This document shows, one piece after another, positions 15,076 through 20,000 of a stretch of DNA of 20,000 bases (positions are counted from its first letter, which is position 1; each line of letters starts with the position of its first letter). A program made the translations under genes and the position numbers. Source of the DNA: an uncultured virus (IMG/VR IMGVR_UViG_3300030010_000003) (Duplodnaviria > Heunggongvirae > Uroviricota > Caudoviricetes); IMG/VR virus record IMGVR_UViG_3300030010_000003. The stretch is one strand, 5' to 3'. The notes beneath the pieces are model-generated. The model was not told where the DNA came from and searched no databases. It worked only from the letters and a program-made list of their open reading frames with translations.

Positions 15076-16251
15076 TCAGTCGCCCTTCACGTTCAGAATC
15101 TGGCGGAGCTTGTGCTTGATCGTGACGAGGTCGGCGGCGTCGGCCATGATGATGTCGATGTCCTTGTAGGCAGCCGGGATCTCGTCGATGAACGCGTCGG
15201 TGTGGCGGTACTCGATCCCCAGCATGGACTCCTCCAGCTCAGCCATCGTGAACTTCTTGCGCGCAGCGGAGCGGCTGTAGTTGCGGCCAGCGCCGTGCGG
15301 TGAGGAGTTCAGCGAGAGCCGGTTGCCCTTGCCCTCGACCACGTAGGAGGCCGTGCCCATCGAGCCCGGGATCAGGCCCATGTCACCCTCCTGAGCCCGG
15401 ATCGCACCCTTGCGGGAGACCCAGACCTCCTTGCCGAAGTGGCGCTCCTTGGCGGTGAAGTTGTGGTGGCAGTTGACCTCCTCCTGAATGATCAAGGTCT
15501 CGCACATGTGGACCTGCATCTCCCGGATCACGCGGGCCATCATCTCCTCGCGGTTCTGGACGGCGAAGTCCTGCGCCCACATCAGCTCCCGCATGTAGGC
15601 CCAGAACTCCTCGGTGCCCTCCACGAGGTAGGCGAGGTCCGGATCCGGCAGGGAGATCCAGTACTGCTTCATCAGGTCGGCAGCCACCTTGATGTGGTGC
15701 TGGGCGATCTTGTTGCCAACGCCCCGGGAGCCGGAGTGCAGGAACAGCCAGACCGCGCCGGTCTCGTCAACCGTGACCTCGATGAAGTGGTTACCCGAGC
15801 CCAGCGAGCCGAGCTGGAGCTTCCAGTTGGAGGCGTACCGGGCCGGGTCGAACCCGAGGTTCCCCGCCTGCATGGCCAGCTTGGTGATCCGGTCCTGCGT
15901 GTCGGGCCGGACGAAGGTGTTGTACTTGCCTGCGCTCGTTGGGACAACCTCTTCGATGGCCTCCCGCAGGTTGCTCAGGGCTCCGGCCTTGCGGACCTGC
16001 TCCTCGGTCCACTGGGTCTTGACCGCGATCATGCCGCAGCCGATGTCCACGCCGACGGCAGCCGGGATGATGGCGTTCAGGGTGGGGATGACGGAGCCGA
16101 CGGTGGCTCCCTTCCCGAGGTGGGCGTCGGGCATCAGGGCGAGGTGCGGGAAAATGAACTCCAGTGAGGAAGACGTGAGAGCCTGCTCGCGAGTGTTCGT
16201 TTCAAGAATCGACGCCCAGCTGATGAGCTTCTTTCCCAAGTGTTCAGGCAT
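15076..16251 (-). CDS. rtcB: RtcB RNA ligase
   Basis: MPDAHLGKGATVG, VGVDIGCG, LGSLGSGNHFIE, LHSGSRG, CHHN, RKGA, IPGSMG, SSPHGAGR, DEIPAAYK. Confidence 0.97.
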   Translation of the reverse strand: MPEHLGKKLISWASILETNTREQALTSSSLEFIFPHLALMPDAHLGKGATVGSVIPTLNAIIPAAVGVDIGCGMIAVKTQWTEEQVRKAGALSNLREAIEEVVPTSAGKYNTFVRPDTQDRITKLAMQAGNLGFDPARYASNWKLQLGSLGSGNHFIEVTVDETGAVWLFLHSGSRGVGNKIAQHHIKVAADLMKQYWISLPDPDLAYLVEGTEEFWAYMRELMWAQDFAVQNREEMMARVIREMQVHMCETLIIQEEVNCHHNFTAKERHFGKEVWVSRKGAIRAQEGDMGLIPGSMGTASYVVEGKGNRLSLNSSPHGAGRNYSRSAARKKFTMAELEESMLGIEYRHTDAFIDEIPAAYKDIDIIMADAADLVTIKHKLRQILNVKGD

Positions 16252-16672
16252 TGATCTTGAACTCCTTCGTCCGGCGCTTGCCGGTAATGATTTTGCTGAT
16301 GGTGGGTTGGGTCACGCTGTACTTCTCTGCCAACAGCCGCTGAGTGAGCGGACCATCGGCGTATTCCTGTCGGATCGCTCTCACCAGAGACTTGCTCAAC
16401 TTGACGTTGTGGTGAGCTTCTCCAAACGGCATCCTGTTCCTGTCCGCCGCGTCCTGAACATTGTTGGCCTGCGTGCCCAGCAGGAGGTGACTGAGCCGGA
16501 CACACGGTGGGTTGTCGCACCGATGGCGCACAACCTTCCCAGCAGGGATCGGCCCGTATGCCTGTTCGTACGCCACACGATGCGCTAAGAACTTCCGGCG
16601 AGTGACCACTCCGTACCCAGCCGCGTTTCTGGACCCTGTCCACTCCTCACAGGGTCCTAGCTCTTTGGTCAT
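16244..16672 (-). CDS. HNH homing endonuclease with C-terminal HTH
   Basis: CEEWTG, GYG, AHRVAY, VRHRCDNPPCVRLSHLLLGTQANN, TQRLLAEKYSVTQPTISKI. Confidence 0.93.
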   Translation of the reverse strand: MTKELGPCEEWTGSRNAAGYGVVTRRKFLAHRVAYEQAYGPIPAGKVVRHRCDNPPCVRLSHLLLGTQANNVQDAADRNRMPFGEAHHNVKLSKSLVRAIRQEYADGPLTQRLLAEKYSVTQPTISKIITGKRRTKEFKINA

Positions 16673-16699
16673 TGGTTCTCCTCTTAGGTGTCTCTCTCT

Positions 16700-16710
16700 T
16701 GATACGCCTC
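16700..16710 (-). promoter_or_regulatory. GCGTAYCA motif, copy 4 (GAGGCGTATCA)
   Basis: Overlaps the stop of the 35-aa ORF, upstream of the HNH RBS (AGAGGAG). Confidence 0.6.
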
Positions 16711-16816
16711 AAGAGGGGTGAATCGCAGCCCAGCACTCCTTGCAGTAGCGAACGCCCCGCCAGTAGTGGAAGCACAGTCGCTCAGGGTGCTCTGTGCAAC
16801 GGATCAGGCTGGCCAT
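16709..16816 (-). CDS. 35-aa zinc-finger microprotein
   Basis: Not in the ORF track; MASLIRCTEHPERLCFHYWRGVRYCKECWAAIHPS; TGATG overlap with the upstream gene. Confidence 0.65.
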   Translation of the reverse strand: MASLIRCTEHPERLCFHYWRGVRYCKECWAAIHPS

Positions 16817-17010
16817 CAGAACAGGGTCCGGATCTCCACGATCTGGAACGGCACGCGCTGCTTGGCCGAGTTGAAGAGCCGCCACGCGTGCTTGTGGGCC
16901 AGATCCCGGCCTTCTTCGGTGTCAGGGTAGACCGAGCCCTGCACGACGATGGGCAGGCCGTCGTTGATGCGGGCCACTGCCAAGAACCGCCCCTTCGCGT
17001 CCTCGGTCAC
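16816..17010 (-). CDS. Hypothetical protein
   Basis: GTGA overlap at 17007-17010, AAGGAG RBS. Confidence 0.7.
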   Translation of the reverse strand: MTEDAKGRFLAVARINDGLPIVVQGSVYPDTEEGRDLAHKHAWRLFNSAKQRVPFQIVEIRTLF

Positions 17011-17318
17011 AGCGACTCCTTCTCCAGCGCCATCAGCAGCTCGGACGCGCAGCGGTGCCAGACCTCCGACGTCGGATCTCCCAGAGCCCGGGAGTTGCCG
17101 TTGGACTGCCAGTTCTCCACCAGCGTGTGCAGGGCGTCGTTGGGGGCTCCCACGTAAGGCTGGAGGTTGATGTCCCAGAGGTCCTTGGTCAGGGAGTCCC
17201 GCAGCTCGCATGGCGGGATCTTCTCGGCCCACTCCATGAAGTCGCGACGTTCCCGGAAACGAACCCTGAACATGTACTCCTGCGGGTCCTTCAAGTTTTC
17301 GATCTCGGTGTTGCTCAT
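17007..17318 (-). CDS. Hypothetical protein (MSNTEIENLKD...)
   Basis: TGATG overlap at 17318. Confidence 0.75.
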   Translation of the reverse strand: MSNTEIENLKDPQEYMFRVRFRERRDFMEWAEKIPPCELRDSLTKDLWDINLQPYVGAPNDALHTLVENWQSNGNSRALGDPTSEVWHRCASELLMALEKESL

Positions 17319-17467
17319 CAGAATCCCTCTCCGGGAAGTAGGCCCGACCCCGGGCACTTGACGTGGCGGACTGCCAGCGCCTTGGTGGAGTGACGACGGA
17401 ACCACCCCTTCTCGGTCAGCTCGATCTGCCGACCACAGACGGGGCAGCGCCGCGTCACCGTCTTCAT
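17318..17467 (-). CDS. 49-aa zinc-finger microprotein
   Basis: Not in the ORF track; MKTVTRRCPVCGRQIELTEKGWFRRHSTKALAVRHVKCPGSGLLPGEGF; TGATG overlaps at both ends. Confidence 0.75.
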   Translation of the reverse strand: MKTVTRRCPVCGRQIELTEKGWFRRHSTKALAVRHVKCPGSGLLPGEGF

Positions 17468-17718
17468 CAGTCCTCGTCGTCTTCGTCAGGCAGCTTGCCG
17501 TCGGTGCCGGGGCTCAGCTTGAGCCCAGCCTTGTAGTTCTCGCGGGCGATCTCGACTACCATCTCGTCCCCGTCGGCAAGGAACCAGATCATGCCGTACA
17601 GCTCCTCCAGCGCCTCGTAGACGTCACCAGAGCTGCACTCCAGCATGGAGAGCGCCTGAGAGCGCACCAGCAGCTTGCCGCTGGGCTTCTCCACGATGTG
17701 GTTGTAGGAACCGGCCAT
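17467..17718 (-). CDS. Hypothetical protein
   Basis: 83 aa, TGATG overlaps. Confidence 0.8.
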   Translation of the reverse strand: MAGSYNHIVEKPSGKLLVRSQALSMLECSSGDVYEALEELYGMIWFLADGDEMVVEIARENYKAGLKLSPGTDGKLPDEDDED

Positions 17719-17891
17719 CAGTCCTCAGCGATCTCGGTCTCGATGTCTTCGAGGTCGGCGATCTTGTACGTCGGACCCGAACCGATGTCGGCGGTGATCG
17801 CGTCGTAGGCCTCACTGGTCAGGCCGGTGGGGCTGTTCTCGTCGATCTGGTCATCTTCCAGTTCGAGGTAGCCGGTGATCTTGATCCGCAT
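17718..17891 (-). CDS. Acidic hypothetical protein
   Basis: Not in the ORF track; MRIKITGYLELEDDQIDENSPTGLTSEAYDAITADIG...; GAAGGAG RBS; first gene after P8. Confidence 0.8.
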   Translation of the reverse strand: MRIKITGYLELEDDQIDENSPTGLTSEAYDAITADIGSGPTYKIADLEDIETEIAED

Positions 17892-17926
17892 GGGACTCCT
17901 TCGTGGTGTGATGGGATTGCGTCTCT

Positions 17927-17956
17927 AACTTAGGGCATGTCTCTAGTTAGTGTCAA
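17927..17956 (-). promoter_or_regulatory. SigA-type promoter P8 (TTGACA-18-TAAGTT)
   Basis: Boxes TAGAGACA (17945-17938) and TAGAGACG (17927-17920). Confidence 0.8.
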
Positions 17957-18305
17957 GCCTCGGGGCCTTGGGGTAGGTCCGGTAGGACTCCGCTGGGTAG
18001 TAGGGGTTGGGACGCTCAGGAGCCTGCCCGAAGCCGTCCAGCCGACCCTCGGTGTACCCACGACCCCAGCCCTCACGCTGGCCTGCGAGGTGCGCCGCGT
18101 CGAGCGGGGACAGGAGCACGGGTGGCTCCACTGGCTTGGTGTAGCCCAAGCACCTCTCGGAGCAGTAGGTGCCCTCGGGCTCGGCCTCGTAGCCGTAGGG
18201 CTGCTGGGAGTCGTCGGGGTCGCAGCGGTGCTTGCCCCGGTAGACGCCCTCCAGATGCAGGCCGTTCTCGATGGGGCGACGGCAGTGCTTGCAAGTCTCG
18301 ATCAC
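17943..18305 (-). CDS. Cys-rich hypothetical protein
   Basis: GTG 18305; CKHC...RCDP...CSERCLG; GWxxGYxEG...PNPY tail. Confidence 0.75.
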   Translation of the reverse strand: MIETCKHCRRPIENGLHLEGVYRGKHRCDPDDSQQPYGYEAEPEGTYCSERCLGYTKPVEPPVLLSPLDAAHLAGQREGWGRGYTEGRLDGFGQAPERPNPYYPAESYRTYPKAPRLDTN

Positions 18306-18478
18306 AGGTACCTCTTCGGCTTGTAGCGCATGACGAGCACCCAGTCCGGGTGCTCGACTCCTCCGGCCCGGTCGAGCAGCATGTGCTTGGTGCGATGCCA
18401 CCTGATCAGGTTCTTGCGGGCGGTGGCCTTCCGGGAGCGCTCCTTCAGCTCCTCTTCGGTCCACTCCTTCTTGGCCAT
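18302..18478 (-). CDS. Basic hypothetical protein
   Basis: Not in the ORF track; MAKKEWTEEELKERSRKATARKNLIRWHRTKH...; overlaps at both ends. Confidence 0.7.
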   Translation of the reverse strand: MAKKEWTEEELKERSRKATARKNLIRWHRTKHMLLDRAGGVEHPDWVLVMRYKPKRYL

Positions 18479-19152
18479 CAGAGCTTTTCTGAAACAGCGC
18501 TGAGGCCAGCGTTACCCACGGCATCCCAGAAGGTGGTCAGGGCGTAGGCGTAGTTCTCGGTGAACGTCTCACAGGGGTCCCCGAGGTAACGGTCCCGGGC
18601 AGCCAGCACGAGGTGCAGCGGATCGGACTCGATCTTCTCCCGGTCGTAGTTGCGCTCGGTGGTCTTCCACTGGCGATACTCCTCGTTCACCGTGGTGGGG
18701 GCAGGTTCGCCCTTCTGCGGCACGTAGTCCTTGTGCAGCGGACCCAGTATGCGGATGTTCTCTGCGTCCCGGAGCTGGGCGAACTGCTCGATCACCTCAG
18801 GCTTCGGGTAGACCAGTCGGACGGGCGCGCTGTAGCCGTTGGGATCACCCGGGAAGCCCAGACACAGGATGTTCTCGTAAAGGCCCTCGTTGACGGAGAT
18901 GCTGTGCCGGTGGGCTCCGTGCTTGGTATCGGAACCACAGTGGCTCCACGTGCCCGGCATTCCCTCCACAGGAGGCTCCGGGGGGCGCGGCGGGAAGACC
19001 GGGGCCGGGATGGAGGGCTTCTCGGTCAGGCACCCCAGACAGTTGACCTTGGTCCAGTCCTCGGTCTTCACCATGCCGTTGCGCAGCTGAGGCAGCCCAC
19101 AGACCGTCTTCGGCTTGCCGAAGGGTGCGAAGTGCACCGTCGCCTTGGCCAT
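18478..19152 (-). CDS. Hypothetical protein with Cys/His modules
   Basis: VHF...CG...VNCLGC; CGSDTKHGAH...CLG. Confidence 0.8.
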   Translation of the reverse strand: MAKATVHFAPFGKPKTVCGLPQLRNGMVKTEDWTKVNCLGCLTEKPSIPAPVFPPRPPEPPVEGMPGTWSHCGSDTKHGAHRHSISVNEGLYENILCLGFPGDPNGYSAPVRLVYPKPEVIEQFAQLRDAENIRILGPLHKDYVPQKGEPAPTTVNEEYRQWKTTERNYDREKIESDPLHLVLAARDRYLGDPCETFTENYAYALTTFWDAVGNAGLSAVSEKL

Positions 19153-19412
19153 CAGTCGCCCTTCGGTTCGGCCTGCGTGCGGTCACAGGTGGCGTGGCCG
19201 CTGTGGGTGTGGACCCAGCTGGCGTGCTCCTTGTAGATGTGCTCCTCGCAGTTCTTGCAGATGCCCGTCTGGGGGACCGTTCCGCAGGTGCACATCCCGT
19301 AGCCGCCACCCACCATGGGCTTGACCGCGCAGCAGGAGCCGTTGGGGTCGTGGGAGGCCAGCGGGTGGGGGCACTTCGGGCAGATCGTCTCTGCGTCGGC
19401 GAAGATGGCCAT
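19152..19412 (-). CDS. Cys/His-rich hypothetical protein
   Basis: CPKCPH...H...CC...CTC; CKNC...WVH...C...AEP. Confidence 0.75.
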   Translation of the reverse strand: MAIFADAETICPKCPHPLASHDPNGSCCAVKPMVGGGYGMCTCGTVPQTGICKNCEEHIYKEHASWVHTHSGHATCDRTQAEPKGD

Positions 19413-19561
19413 CAGCGCTCCACCTCCAGCAGCACTTCGCCCTTCTCGAAGTTGGAGACGTCGATGGGCTCTCCCTCAGCGATGTAGCCGTAGACGGCCA
19501 AGCTCACCTCGGCGTCCTGCGGCATGGCCTTCAGCTTCTCGATCAGTTCAGCAACATTCAT
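19412..19561 (-). CDS. Hypothetical protein (leaderless)
   Basis: Not in the ORF track; MNVAELIEKLKAMPQDAEVSLAVYGYIAEGEPIDVSNFEKGEVLLEVER; ATG follows the -10 of P9 after a 6-nt gap. Confidence 0.8.
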   Translation of the reverse strand: MNVAELIEKLKAMPQDAEVSLAVYGYIAEGEPIDVSNFEKGEVLLEVER

Positions 19562-19567
19562 GTCTCT

Positions 19568-19597
19568 ACCTTAGCCCATGTACCTAGCTTGCGTCAA
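19568..19597 (-). promoter_or_regulatory. SigA-type promoter P9 (TTGACG-18-TAAGGT), leaderless
   Basis: Boxes TAGGTACA (19586-19579) and TAGAGACA (19568-19561). Confidence 0.85.
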
Positions 19598-19923
19598 GAC
19601 CTCTGCTCAAGAGCGAAGGGCAGGCGCTTGGTCTGATCGGCGTGGCACCACATCGGACCATCGGCGACAGCAGCGTAGGCCACCCGATGTGGCTCATGAT
19701 CCCCACGTTGCCCGCACAGCCCCTGCGGGAGCGAATCGTGAAGGTCGCAGTACCCCCGGGGCTCAGGGTCGTCACAGGTGCACCACGTGTGCGTCGGAGC
19801 GTCCTGCTGGAGGGCGTGGATCTCCACCGCAGCCTGATGGGCCAGCGATCCCTTCCGTGCGTCCAGAGAGCCGCCCTGAAGCGACTGGATGATGCGCTCG
19901 ATCTCCTCGACCGTGGCCATCAC
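19594..19923 (-). CDS. Cys/His-rich hypothetical protein
   Basis: GTG 19923/ATG 19920; WCTC..YCDLH; CGQRGDHEPH...WCH. Confidence 0.7.
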   Translation of the reverse strand: MMATVEEIERIIQSLQGGSLDARKGSLAHQAAVEIHALQQDAPTHTWCTCDDPEPRGYCDLHDSLPQGLCGQRGDHEPHRVAYAAVADGPMWCHADQTKRLPFALEQRS

Positions 19924-20000
19924 TTGCACGCGCTCTGGCAGAAGGAGCACCACAGGTGGGTGTCGGCGGGCCACTCGACGTAGCAGGGGGCGTGGTGGGT
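19920..20000 (-). CDS. Partial Cys/His-rich hypothetical protein (5' end outside the window)
   Basis: ...THHAPCYVEWPADTHLWCSFCQSACK-stop with GTGA overlap. Confidence 0.55.
   Translation of the reverse strand, partial: THHAPCYVEWPADTHLWCSFCQSACK

Noticed and set aside
15076..16251. Intein or intron in rtcB
   Set aside because: The ORF is uninterrupted, 391 aa, with all motifs contiguous.
1..20000. tRNA, rRNA, integrase or transposase genes
   Set aside because: No cloverleaf/T-loop signatures in the short intergenic gaps and no recombinase motifs seen.

Overview
High-GC, densely packed segment of a tailed actinobacteriophage (or prophage) early/middle region; the host group is inferred from GC content, promoter style and an LAXTG sorting signal. 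Nearly all genes lie on the minus strand, with TGATG/GTGA/ATGA stop-start overlaps. Recognisable genes: C-terminal half of a split Rad50/SbcC-like ATPase (partial), a PriCT/HTH Rep-like ORF with no in-frame stop, DNA polymerase III beta sliding clamp, PNKP-type HAD phosphatase, two free-standing HNH endonucleases, a Cas4-like PD-(D/E)XK nuclease, an excisionase-like HTH protein, a putative sortase-anchored (LAHTG) surface protein, a DUF4406-like protein, MazG-like pyrophosphatase, RtcB RNA ligase, and many small Cys/His-rich proteins. A three-gene plus-strand island (11986-12946) interrupts the array. The non-coding DNA is highly organised. Nine sigma-70/SigA-type promoters share a TAGRGACA(GGTCAA) box, often as a pair 17-18 bp apart straddling the -10. 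A second motif, GCGTAYCA, precedes four genes. A terminator-bounded ~180-bp island (13000-13180) has its own promoter, 17-bp tandem repeats and a closing stem, and is the best candidate for an undescribed structured non-coding RNA. All calls come from reading the sequence; no database searches were run.
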